NCBI GenBank assembly: GCA_037445205.1
Contig: JBBIKX010000002.1
Span: forward strand, 1-56,710
DNA length: 56,710 bases
Direction of reading: 5' to 3'
Origin: Candidatus Wildermuthbacteria bacterium
GTDB lineage: Bacteria > Patescibacteriota > Minisyncoccia > Minisyncoccales > PEYH01
Below, one piece after another: positions 10,225 to 19,029 of this stretch. Positions within the stretch are counted from its first letter, which is position 1, and every line of letters begins with the position of its first letter. The notes under the pieces are model-generated. The model was not told the origin of the DNA. It worked only from the letters and a program-made list of their open reading frames with translations, and made no database searches. A program made the position numbers and the translations under genes.

Positions 10225-10857
10225 TCAGATCCATCTGCGGAACTTATACCAGGGTATAGCCACCAACAACTCCCGAAACCACCAGCGAACCGGACCCTTC
10301 GTCCACCATTGAGATGATTGCCGGTCGTAGGGTATGTCTTTGAGATCTTCCCCGCCCAGCGTTTGCACAGCGATTCTCAGCTTCGCCTCAAACAGAAGCT
10401 GTTCCAGCGCGCGCTTGACTCTCCAAAGATGGGCGCGATGGCAGACCAGAAGGACGCTGTTGAAGCGTCTTTCCGCCCTGTGCTCAAGACCCTTGATATG
10501 CTCGACAGCATGCCAAAGGAACCCTCGGGTGTCCAGATACTTTGGCGGCTTGGTTTCATGATCTCCAATCACCCTCATCTTTGCCTGGTCTATCGAAGGA
10601 TGACGCGCCCTGATGTCCAAGCCGATTTCATCCTGAACAACCAATCTGGCGCTTGGATGGAATTGAGTGAGCCAGCAAACCAGTTCAGCCATCGCCCGGT
10701 TACTTTTGCATACAGAATCATCGGGCAATGGAAAATCGCTCTCTCGCATTCCAAAGTCCAGCGCCAAGATCACGTCAATGGGCCCGGAATACTCCCGATT
10801 CGCTTTGTGTCTGTGGCGCCAAAGCCCCGACATCCTGCTGATCAGTCGCTTTAGCAA
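10225..10857 (-). CDS. GC-rich DUF218/YdcF-like protein (tentative)
   Basis: IDVILALDFG...YLDTRGF...VLLVCHRAHLWRVKRAL resembles the DUF218 pattern. TTG start is preceded by aaggaggtgatcc (13-nt extended SD). Composition is visibly GC-richer than the neighbours. Confidence 0.5.
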   Translation of the reverse strand: MLKRLISRMSGLWRHRHKANREYSGPIDVILALDFGMRESDFPLPDDSVCKSNRAMAELVCWLTQFHPSARLVVQDEIGLDIRARHPSIDQAKMRVIGDHETKPPKYLDTRGFLWHAVEHIKGLEHRAERRFNSVLLVCHRAHLWRVKRALEQLLFEAKLRIAVQTLGGEDLKDIPYDRQSSQWWTKGPVRWWFRELLVAIPWYKFRRWI

Positions 10858-10940
10858 CTCGGATCACCTCCTTGGATCGGATTTTGATTAAAAGATTATC
10901 ATTAAAAACGATTTCTGTCAAATTCATGCCCGGCGGGGAG

Positions 10941-11939
10941 TTATTGATTCAGTAAAATTTTTATCTCTTTCCAGAAAACATCGTTATTGTTTTTTTCTTT
11001 TTCCAGATACCACCACTCAACTCCCCAGAGATAAAACAAATCATTGCCGGTGTTTTTTGCAAATTCTATTATTTCTTTAAGGCGCGAAAGATTCATTGTT
11101 TTTTCCTGCTCCTCTTTTTCTAAATCATAGAGCAAAACCGGGCCCCATGGCTCTGCCTGAAGTTCGGAGCAAATCACCCTTTTTTTAAAGATTTTGTTTA
11201 CAAGCCAGGTTTTTCTTGCGTAAAATATCGGCGGAAAGGGATATGTTACGTATCTTTCCCATTTATCCATCCAAACTTTTCTGTAAAGCGTGTGGCCGAC
11301 AATGTCGCCCATCTTTGCGACATTAAACCACATAGGAATTTCTCCGCTTTCAGTAAGAACAACGGGGCGATTTCTGGGATCAAGAGATTTAACAAGCGCC
11401 ACCTCTCTTTTTAAAAGTTCTTTGTCGGGCGGCGGACATTCTCCAAAGGAAAAAAGCGGTTCGTTTTCAACCTGCCAAGCCCAAATTGAATTATTTTCTT
11501 TGTATCTTTTGACAATCGCCCCCATATAATCAAGCAGTTTTTCATTTTTGGCTTCTTGATCCCAATTCTTTAGCCACTCTGGCTCGTGACATTCGGGCCA
11601 CCTTGGCGCTTTCCTGCCAAACGCAAGCATTATTTTGGCGTTTCTTTTTTCTGCCTCTTCTATTTGCCAATCAAGATCATAAAAATCATAACGATCTTTG
11701 TTTTTTTCAATCAAATCCCAGTAAGCTATTAATCTTAATTCTTTCGCGCCCAAATCGTCTAAAATTGAAAGATATGCCTTTTGCCAGTCAAGACCAAAAA
11801 GCTCGGTATGTTTTTGGGAAAAGGTGATTCCCCATTTTATTTCTTTTGCCGGTTCTTTTTTGCCCACGAAAAAAAAGCAAAAAATAATCAAAAAAAGCGG
11901 AATAAAAAAGAGAAGGAAAATCTTTAAAAATTTTTTCAT
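10941..11939 (-). CDS. Glycoside hydrolase, clan GH-A TIM barrel (GH5-like), membrane-anchored or secreted
   Basis: N-terminal hydrophobic segment and WQVENEP (NEP acid/base motif). The precise GH family cannot be assigned by eye. Confidence 0.55.
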   Translation of the reverse strand: MKKFLKIFLLFFIPLFLIIFCFFFVGKKEPAKEIKWGITFSQKHTELFGLDWQKAYLSILDDLGAKELRLIAYWDLIEKNKDRYDFYDLDWQIEEAEKRNAKIMLAFGRKAPRWPECHEPEWLKNWDQEAKNEKLLDYMGAIVKRYKENNSIWAWQVENEPLFSFGECPPPDKELLKREVALVKSLDPRNRPVVLTESGEIPMWFNVAKMGDIVGHTLYRKVWMDKWERYVTYPFPPIFYARKTWLVNKIFKKRVICSELQAEPWGPVLLYDLEKEEQEKTMNLSRLKEIIEFAKNTGNDLFYLWGVEWWYLEKEKNNNDVFWKEIKILLNQ

Positions 11940-12892
11940 AAGCTCGGAGATTTTACGGCAAAAATCAGAAGGCCAAGCGATATTAAAATAGTGGCGCTGA
12001 TTTTTTTGAGCAAAATTCTTTTTGAAATTTTCTCTGACAAAATATGGGGGAATTTAAAAGAGAAAACGATCATAAAAGCCAGGAGAAACGCATATCTTAT
12101 TCCCTCAAGCGCGTTTACAAAAGAAAGAAGGGCAAGCGGCACAAAATACACGGAAAGATTCTGAAAAATCCCCGCCGCCCCGCCTATTAATTGACCCGCC
12201 AGAAACAAGGCGATGGTTTTTGGGGTTTTAATTGCGTCTTTTTTTCTGGAGAAAAAAAATTTTTCTCTTAATTCTTTTGAAAGAAAAAAAAGGAGGGACG
12301 CTAAAAATCCGCCCGATAATCTTAAAGCGAGTCCCGATAAAAAACTTGTTTCCAGATAAACAATTTTTGCCAAGAAAAATCCGTTCGCGAACAAAAACGC
12401 GGAAAAGGCAGACAAAATAAAAGTTCCCTTCGTTATTTTTTTCTCTTTCTCCAAATTAAGGCTTATAAGAACGCTTCCTAAAACCATCAGAACAAAAGAA
12501 ACAATCTGCCAGAAATTAAAAAATAGATTTTGATCAGAGTTTTCTTTTTCGGCGTAAAAAAATAATCCCAAAAGAAGCGTAAATAAGGGCAGAAGTCCGC
12601 CTATGGCAGGAATTATCGTTGAGGCGTCATATTTTTTAAGCGCCTGATAAAGAAAAAAAATGGCGAAAATCCATACGGCTCCCGAAAAAAGCCCAAGAAA
12701 AACAACAGGAATCGCCAGCGAAAAAAAATTGGAAAATGGAAGCAAAATCAGCGCGCCCAATCCTCCAAAAATTCCGGTCAAAAATGCGTAAACCATCGGC
12801 GTTTTTATCGGTCCGCTGAGGATTATTTTATCAATCAACGACACGGCTGCCAATAAAAAATATGAAAGAATGGCAAAAATTATCCAAAGCAT
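11936..12892 (-). CDS. DMT/EamA-like polytopic membrane transporter
   Basis: 318 aa with about 10 hydrophobic segments. Stop and start overlap both flanking glycosidase genes. Confidence 0.55.
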   Translation of the reverse strand: MLWIIFAILSYFLLAAVSLIDKIILSGPIKTPMVYAFLTGIFGGLGALILLPFSNFFSLAIPVVFLGLFSGAVWIFAIFFLYQALKKYDASTIIPAIGGLLPLFTLLLGLFFYAEKENSDQNLFFNFWQIVSFVLMVLGSVLISLNLEKEKKITKGTFILSAFSAFLFANGFFLAKIVYLETSFLSGLALRLSGGFLASLLFFLSKELREKFFFSRKKDAIKTPKTIALFLAGQLIGGAAGIFQNLSVYFVPLALLSFVNALEGIRYAFLLAFMIVFSFKFPHILSEKISKRILLKKISATILISLGLLIFAVKSPSL

Positions 12893-14056
12893 TTATTTAA
12901 TGGTGAGGCAGTTGTTTTTGCAGATTTCTGAATAAAAGCTTGCGCTTTTTCTGGGCTTTCTTTCAAGGGTTTTGCAGTCAATTTCTATCAGCCCAAACCT
13001 TGGATCAAATCCCAAATCCCATTCAAAATTGTCCATTAAAGACCAGTGAAGGTATCCTTTTATATCAACGCCCTCCTTTATTGCGCCCCAAATCCAGAAA
13101 AGATGATTTTTTATGAATTCTTTTCTTAATTTATCTTTTTTGTCGGCCAAGCCGTTTTCGGTGATAAAAATGGGTTTTTTATATTTTTTTAAATCTTTTA
13201 AAACATGATAAATCCCTTCGGGATTTATCGCCCAGCCAAGATCGGAAACATCCCTTGATTCATTTATCATTCTCATCGGAAATTTTATGTTTGATGTGAA
13301 ATAGTAATTCAAGCCGATAAAATCAATTTCGTTTTTTATCCGATTTAAAAAATAATGGTTTTGCCATCGCTTGGCGATCTTGGCGGACAATCTGTCAAAA
13401 AGAGATTTTGAATTATAGGGCGCAAAAAAGGAATTATTTTTTGCTATTCCCACTAAAACCTTTTTTCCTTTTTTGTGAAAATCGCGATAAATAATTTTAT
13501 GGGCAAGCAAGAGATTTCTTTTTGTTTTTAAGTATTGAAAGGGGTTTCTTTTCTTTGGCGGCCATCTTTTTAAAAGATAACTCAAAAGAGTGTAAACTTC
13601 CGGCTCGTTTAAGACGACCCAAAAATCCACCAGCTCTTTGTATTCATCAAAAATTCGGTTGGAAAAATTTATAAAATGAAAAACATTTTCTTTGTTTAAA
13701 AATCCTCCGCTTTGGGCGACCCATTTGGGCAGGGTAAAGTGAAAAAGAGTTAAAAAAATTTTTATTTTGCTTCTTTTAAGCGCTTTTAGAACCTCCCTGT
13801 AATGCTCTATTTCTTTTTTATTGAATTTTCCTTTCTTTGGCTCAATGCGCGACCATTCAATGGAAATTCTGTGGGCGTTGTGGCCCATTTTCTTGATAAT
13901 TGAAAAATCCTCCCTGAATTTATGATAATGATCACAGGCAAGACCAGCCGGATAACAATCGCTCCAGTCGCAAAAATCATTTTTACCCTCAACCTGATAG
14001 GCGGAAGTGGCTGTTCCCCATAAAAAATCTTTTGGAAATTTGAAAACTCTTTCCAT
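12893..14056 (-). CDS. GH1 beta-glucosidase
   Basis: FLWGTATSAYQVEG, VVLNEPEV (acid/base) and IFITENG (nucleophile). Start moved to MERVFKFPKDFLWG (ATG 14056). Confidence 0.85.
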   Translation of the reverse strand: MERVFKFPKDFLWGTATSAYQVEGKNDFCDWSDCYPAGLACDHYHKFREDFSIIKKMGHNAHRISIEWSRIEPKKGKFNKKEIEHYREVLKALKRSKIKIFLTLFHFTLPKWVAQSGGFLNKENVFHFINFSNRIFDEYKELVDFWVVLNEPEVYTLLSYLLKRWPPKKRNPFQYLKTKRNLLLAHKIIYRDFHKKGKKVLVGIAKNNSFFAPYNSKSLFDRLSAKIAKRWQNHYFLNRIKNEIDFIGLNYYFTSNIKFPMRMINESRDVSDLGWAINPEGIYHVLKDLKKYKKPIFITENGLADKKDKLRKEFIKNHLFWIWGAIKEGVDIKGYLHWSLMDNFEWDLGFDPRFGLIEIDCKTLERKPRKSASFYSEICKNNCLTIK

Positions 14057-14244
14057 TAATTTATTATCCCAAAAATTCGTTTCTTTTTCCAGCTTGTGCC
14101 AAAAAAATAACAAATATGCAAAAAATAACCCTGCCTCTTGACAAGTTTTGGATAGTGGTATATATATAATACAGGCAGTTCTTTAAATTAAATGAGGTGT
14201 TTTGGTGGGGATTGACTGCAAGATCTTGTTAATAAACGAGGTTT

Positions 14245-14603
14245 AACAGGCAATCCCTACCGTACGGTTCTGTTGCCATTAGTGCGTGCTGACGAGTGCG
14301 CGCTATTCTGGCAATAGAAGCTTGGGGGTAACGTTCTTGCCTTCTCGCGGTCAGAGAAGGTTCTACGGAATAAGCCATCGGCCGAACTGCCGGTAGGCGA
14401 ATATGTTTCCTCCGCTGGAAGCAGCCGACGTTGTCCTCTTTGGGTTTTTTTGCCCAGAGAGACCGCAAAAAGTTCAGGGCGGAACCGGCATTCCAGCTTG
14501 CCGACTAGCCCCTTTGGGTAAAGTTGTAGGGACTTTGCCCAGAGCTTTTCTCTTGTTCTTTCTGGCACAGCAATGACGTTGTGCCATATCGCGGGATGTT
14601 GTT
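14245..14603 (-). ncRNA. rnpB: RNase P RNA (bacterial type A)
   Basis: The minus strand carries GGGCAAAGUCCCUAC (P4 5' strand, compare GGAAAGUCCGGGC), CGGCCGAUGGCU, AAUAGCGCGCAC (compare GUAAGAGCGCAC) and GGCAACAGAACCGUACGG (P4 3' strand, compare ACAGAACCCGGC) in the canonical order and spacing. A P3-like hairpin uggcaca...ugugcca is present. It forms a GC-rich island in AT-rich DNA. The ends are approximate. Confidence 0.7.
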
Positions 14604-14627
14604 ATCATACAATGTCCCTTTTTGCTT

Positions 14628-16139
14628 TTAATATTCCAAAAACCAGAATCTTTCTTTTCTTTTTTGATGATGAACAAACAAAGCAAGCAAAAGATAATAA
14701 ACAAGAACAACTGCCAAAGAAACCCTTGCGTTAATCGCAAAAAAGGGAATGGCGGCAATCAAATCGGAAATAAAAATAACATAGCCAAGAATAAAGGATA
14801 AGGGAATAAAAACCAAAAAACCCAAGGGCAAAAAAATCAATCCGGCAATTATTCCCAAAATTCCCATTGCCAAGACAAGAGGCATTGTGGGAACAATTAA
14901 GACATTGGCAACGGGAGACAAAAGCGACAAATAACCAAAATGATAGAATAAAACCGGCAGGGTAAAAATCTGGGCGGAGAAAGTCATTGAAAGAACGGAT
15001 CTGATTCCAAAATTTTTTGGAATTTTTTTGAGTTTTTTATTAAAAAACGGCGACAAATAATTTATTCCAAGAGCCGCCAAAAAAGAGAGCTGAAATCCGG
15101 CGTCAAAAAACAAAAACGGGTTAATCAAAAGGATAGCGGCGGCCGCAAACAAAAGAAACCTGATTGAATCGGGCATTCTTGAAAAAATCTGGGCCAAAAT
15201 AATCCCCGCTCCCATAATTGAAGCCCGAATTGCTGAAGCGGGAAAGCCGATCAAAAAAAGATAAAAAAGAATAAAGAGCATAACTGTCAATCCGGAAATT
15301 TTTCTTTTTATCCCAAGCCCTATAAAAATTGCCATTAAAACATTCATCAAAATTGCAATATGCATTCCGGAAATTGCCGTTATGTGGCGAGTTCCGCTTT
15401 TGTTGAAGCTTTCTTTCAAATAATCCGGCATTTCTTTTTTATCTCCTAAAACAATTGCCCCAAGAAGCGCGCTTTTTGGAAAGACAAGCCCTTCGTTTAT
15501 AATTTTTCTCAATTTTTCTTTTATTTTAAAAACCGCCCTGAAATAAATCGGCGCATCGGCTGTTTTTTCTATTTTTTCGGGATTTTTTATAACCGATAGT
15601 ATACCCTGTTTTTCAAGATAGTTTTTATAGTCAAATTCATCAAAATTTTTCGGGGATTCGGGTTTTCCTTTGACAATAATTTTTTCTCCAGCCATATATT
15701 CGGTTTTTTTATCCGCCAGAACCAAAACCTTTCCTGTCGTTTTAAAAAAAGGGGCTTGGGGGCTTTCCTTCAAGCCATGCTCAATAATTTCTTTTATTTC
15801 AACAACGAGTTTTTGATTTAGCGTTTTTTCTTCTGGCTCCTTGTCTATCTTTCCCGAAAAGACGACTTCCATATTTTTATCGTTAAAAAATAAAAGCTCG
15901 CTTTGTTTTAGGGAATAAAGCATGTAATTTGCCCTAATCGCCCCCAAAACCATAAAAACAAAAAAAAGAAATATTGCTTTTTCTTTTTTAAAAATAAAAA
16001 GCCCTGCTGCCATCAAAAAAACCGCAATGGTTAATTGCGGCCAATTTATAAATAATCCCATAGCTGTGCCCAAAACAAAAGAGAGCATTATCCACAAAAA
16101 AATGTTTGGGGCGTCCATCATTGTTCTCTTATTTGGCAA
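14628..16139 (-). CDS. comEC: ComEC/Rec2-family competence channel (OB/DUF4131 plus competence TM domain, no C-terminal metallo-beta-lactamase domain)
   Basis: 503 aa and polytopic, with the pattern GTRHITAISGMHIAIL typical of the ComEC competence domain. Confidence 0.8.
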   Translation of the reverse strand: MPNKRTMMDAPNIFLWIMLSFVLGTAMGLFINWPQLTIAVFLMAAGLFIFKKEKAIFLFFVFMVLGAIRANYMLYSLKQSELLFFNDKNMEVVFSGKIDKEPEEKTLNQKLVVEIKEIIEHGLKESPQAPFFKTTGKVLVLADKKTEYMAGEKIIVKGKPESPKNFDEFDYKNYLEKQGILSVIKNPEKIEKTADAPIYFRAVFKIKEKLRKIINEGLVFPKSALLGAIVLGDKKEMPDYLKESFNKSGTRHITAISGMHIAILMNVLMAIFIGLGIKRKISGLTVMLFILFYLFLIGFPASAIRASIMGAGIILAQIFSRMPDSIRFLLFAAAAILLINPFLFFDAGFQLSFLAALGINYLSPFFNKKLKKIPKNFGIRSVLSMTFSAQIFTLPVLFYHFGYLSLLSPVANVLIVPTMPLVLAMGILGIIAGLIFLPLGFLVFIPLSFILGYVIFISDLIAAIPFFAINARVSLAVVLVYYLLLALFVHHQKRKERFWFLEY

Positions 16140-16819
16140 ACATCAAAATGGGGCGCAATGATTTTCTGAATTTCCATCAAATACTCCAAAGGATAAGGAT
16201 CAATTTCTTTGAATGCGGGGTCAAGTGTTCTTTGGGACCTGTATTGTTGAAGAAAATATTTCTTTGCCGGAGCGATCCATCTTGCGATTTTTAAAATATC
16301 TTCTTTTCTCACAATTCCGGGGACAACGGTTGTGCGGAATTCGTAATTGGGAGCATGCTCTTTCAAAATTTCAACGCTTCTTTCCACGTTTAAAATATGC
16401 TTTTTTTGGCCCGTCAGCAAAGGATATTTTTCTTTTGAGGTTTTTATATCCATTGCCACATAATCTAAAAGATTTTTTTTAAACATATGCTCCAGGACCC
16501 CAGGATTTGACCCGTTGGTGTCAAGCTTGATCAAAAACCCCATTTTTTTGATTTTTCGGATAACCCCGGGCAAATCTTTATAGATTGTCGGCTCCCCTCC
16601 GCACATAACCACCCCGTCAATAAGATTTTTTCTTTTTCTTAAAAATTCACAAATTGAGTCCTGCGGAATGAGGGTTTGGCTTTTGATATTTTCTTCCAGA
16701 ACAAGCTCTGGATTACAGCAAAATCCGCAATTAAAATTACAGCCGCTTACAAAAATTGTAGCGGCTATTTTCCCTGGATAATCTATAAGGCTTACTTTTT
16801 GAATGCCTCCTATTCTCAT
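16118..16819 (-). CDS. nrdG: Anaerobic ribonucleoside-triphosphate reductase activating protein (radical SAM)
   Basis: CNFNCGFC radical-SAM cluster motif. The gene overlaps the nrdD stop. Confidence 0.85.
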   Translation of the reverse strand: MRIGGIQKVSLIDYPGKIAATIFVSGCNFNCGFCCNPELVLEENIKSQTLIPQDSICEFLRKRKNLIDGVVMCGGEPTIYKDLPGVIRKIKKMGFLIKLDTNGSNPGVLEHMFKKNLLDYVAMDIKTSKEKYPLLTGQKKHILNVERSVEILKEHAPNYEFRTTVVPGIVRKEDILKIARWIAPAKKYFLQQYRSQRTLDPAFKEIDPYPLEYLMEIQKIIAPHFDVCQIREQ

Positions 16820-18921
16820 AATTTCACTTTGAATTTTTTTCTCTCCTTAAATTCCTGCTGTTTTCCTATATTCCATTGCGCAACCGGCCTTAGATACCCG
16901 ACGATGCGGGAATATACCTCACAAGGCTGTTTGATTGTGCATTGGGGGCAAAAAAAATGTTCGCCGCTCAGATAGCCATGCGATGGACAAACAGAAAACG
17001 TGGGGGTGATGGTAACATAGGGAAGCTTAAAGCTTGTGAATGATTTCTTGATCAGGGATTTTACAGACGCTATGTCGGAGATCTTTTCCCCAACAAAAAG
17101 ATGCATCACCGTTCCTCCTGTATATTTGCATTGCAAATCATCCTGCAATTTCAGCGCTTCAAAAACGTCATCCGTGTAAGAGGGAGGAAGTTGAGTGCTG
17201 TTTGTATAATAAGGAATTTTTTTGGTGCCCGCAGTAACTATTTCTGGATATTTTTCCTTGTCCTTTTGGGCAAGACGATAGGCGGTGGATTCTGCGGGAG
17301 TGGCTTCTAAATTATATATGTTGCCGGTCTCTTTTTGATATTTTAAAAGTTTTTCTCTCATAAAATCCAAAACTTCAAGGGCAAACTTTTTTCCGCGCCT
17401 TGAAGCGATGTTTTCTCCCAAAAAGTTCATCAGGGCTTCATTCATTCCTATCGGGCCTATCGTTGAAAAATGATTCGCAAAGTACGCGCCGCGCGACTGT
17501 TTTACAGCCCCCAAATAGTATCGGGAATAAGGATAAAGGCCTTTTTCAATAAAATCTTCAATTGCCTTTCTTTTGATTTCCAAGCTTTCCTTGGATAAAT
17601 CCATCAACCTTTCAAGATTTTCAAAAAAATCTTTTTTTGTTTTTGAAGTATGTCCTATTCGCGCCATATTAATCGTAATGACGCCAATGCTCCCTGTAAG
17701 CGAGCCCGAACCAAAAAGTCCCCCTCCTCCCCGATTGTAAAGCTCTCCCAGCTGCAATCTCAATCTGCAACACATGCTTCTTACATCTTGAGGGCTCATA
17801 TCGGAATTAATGTAATTTGCAAAATAATTTACCCCGTACTTGGCAGTTGCTTCCCACATGGAATCCAGAATCGGATCATCCCAGTCAAAGTCCTTGGTGA
17901 TATTAATTGTGGGAATGGGGAAAGTAAAAACTCTGCCGTTTTTGTCGCCTTCAATCATTGCCTCGTAAAAAGCGCGGTTAAAAACATTCATTTCTTCCTG
18001 AAAATCCCGATAAATCTCTTTCTGCGGCTTTCCGCCAATAATGACAGGTTGTTTTACGAAAATGGGCGAGGGCTTAATATCAATAGTGATGTTAGAAAAC
18101 GGGGTCTGGAATCCTACTCTTGTAGGAATTGCCATATTGTAAAGAAATTCCTGAAGCGCCTGTTTTGTCTGCTGATAATTAAGATTGTCATAGCGGATAA
18201 ACGGCGCCAGGAGAGTGTCAAAATTGGAAAAAGAAACTGCGCCGGCGCATTCTCCCTGAAGCGTATACAAAAAATTAACTATTTGGCCCAGCGCTGTCCT
18301 TAAATGGTTCGGGGGTCTTGATTCTACCTTGCCGCTCACCCCTCCGAATCCTTTCAATAATAAATCATATAAATCCCAACCCATGCAATAACAGGCCAAT
18401 GTATCCAAATTGTGGATATGCAAGTCTCCGGATTCGTAGGCCTCTCTTATTTCCTTGGGATAAATTTTATTAAGCCAATATTTTTTGATGATGTAAGAGA
18501 CGCCGTAGTGGTTGAATCCCTGCAAGGAAAAAGCCATATTGGCGTTTTCTTTAACTTCCCAGTCTATTTTTTCCAAATACTGATCCACTCTTTCCACCGC
18601 CTCCTCTGAAGCGGTCATTGCCTCTCTGATTCTTCTTCTTTGTTCACGGTATAGAATATATGCTTTAGCCGTTTCTACCAATCCTTCCAAGATTAAGACT
18701 TCTTCTACAATATCCTGAATCTGCTCCACGCCCGGAATCTCTTCTTTCTTAAACCTCCGATTTAAAATTTTAATCACCTTTTGGGCAAGTTTCTTGGAAA
18801 CTTTTCCATCTCTTTGCCCGGTAGCGGTGATCGCTTTGAAAATAGCGTCTGTGATTCTTTCTTCGTCAAAATCAGAGATCTCTCCATCGCGCTTTTTAAC
18901 TTTTGTAATCTGATTCCCCAT
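16816..18921 (-). CDS. nrdD: Anaerobic ribonucleoside-triphosphate reductase with N-terminal ATP-cone
   Basis: N-terminal ATP-cone (VKKRDGEISDFDEERI), C-terminal Zn ribbon CPSHG...CPQC and glycyl-radical motif SRIVGYLRP. Confidence 0.95.
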   Translation of the reverse strand: MGNQITKVKKRDGEISDFDEERITDAIFKAITATGQRDGKVSKKLAQKVIKILNRRFKKEEIPGVEQIQDIVEEVLILEGLVETAKAYILYREQRRRIREAMTASEEAVERVDQYLEKIDWEVKENANMAFSLQGFNHYGVSYIIKKYWLNKIYPKEIREAYESGDLHIHNLDTLACYCMGWDLYDLLLKGFGGVSGKVESRPPNHLRTALGQIVNFLYTLQGECAGAVSFSNFDTLLAPFIRYDNLNYQQTKQALQEFLYNMAIPTRVGFQTPFSNITIDIKPSPIFVKQPVIIGGKPQKEIYRDFQEEMNVFNRAFYEAMIEGDKNGRVFTFPIPTINITKDFDWDDPILDSMWEATAKYGVNYFANYINSDMSPQDVRSMCCRLRLQLGELYNRGGGGLFGSGSLTGSIGVITINMARIGHTSKTKKDFFENLERLMDLSKESLEIKRKAIEDFIEKGLYPYSRYYLGAVKQSRGAYFANHFSTIGPIGMNEALMNFLGENIASRRGKKFALEVLDFMREKLLKYQKETGNIYNLEATPAESTAYRLAQKDKEKYPEIVTAGTKKIPYYTNSTQLPPSYTDDVFEALKLQDDLQCKYTGGTVMHLFVGEKISDIASVKSLIKKSFTSFKLPYVTITPTFSVCPSHGYLSGEHFFCPQCTIKQPCEVYSRIVGYLRPVAQWNIGKQQEFKERKKFKVKL

Positions 18922-19029
18922 GAAATTTTTGGAGTTTAATGTTTCTATTATATGGCAAAGGCAAGAAAAATTAAAATAGAGGCTATTTGTGGAAAACTTT
19001 CAATCTGTGAAAATATGATTCCCCGAGGA

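Noticed and set aside
10318-10854. 178-aa plus-strand ORF mirroring the DUF218-like gene
   Set aside because: GC-rich DNA yields long antisense ORFs. The minus-strand frame has the SD site, the promoter candidate and the DUF218-like motifs.
10861-10873. ggatcacctcctt, identical to the 3' end of 16S rRNA, on the plus strand
   Set aside because: There is no rRNA sequence around it. It is simply the complement of the extended SD site of the minus-strand gene.
14139-14168. Plus-strand TTGACA, 17-nt spacer, TATATA promoter-like sequence pointing into rnpB antisense
   Set aside because: There is no plausible plus-strand product downstream, only a 7-codon ORF. AT-rich spacers generate such matches by chance. 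An antisense transcript cannot be excluded.
14229-14758. ORFs 14229..14468, 14257..14568 and 14474..14758
   Set aside because: They overlap the RNase P RNA and the comEC 3' end. They have Arg/Pro-rich random-looking sequences and no start context.
17650-18303. 217-aa plus-strand ORF
   Set aside because: It is antisense to nrdD, which is unambiguous.
18922-19029. Possible NrdR boxes upstream of nrdD (ttcacagattgaaag and tccacaaatagcctc on the minus strand)
   Set aside because: There is only partial resemblance to the NrdR consensus, the spacing is atypical, and no nrdR gene is in the window. The evidence is too weak to call.
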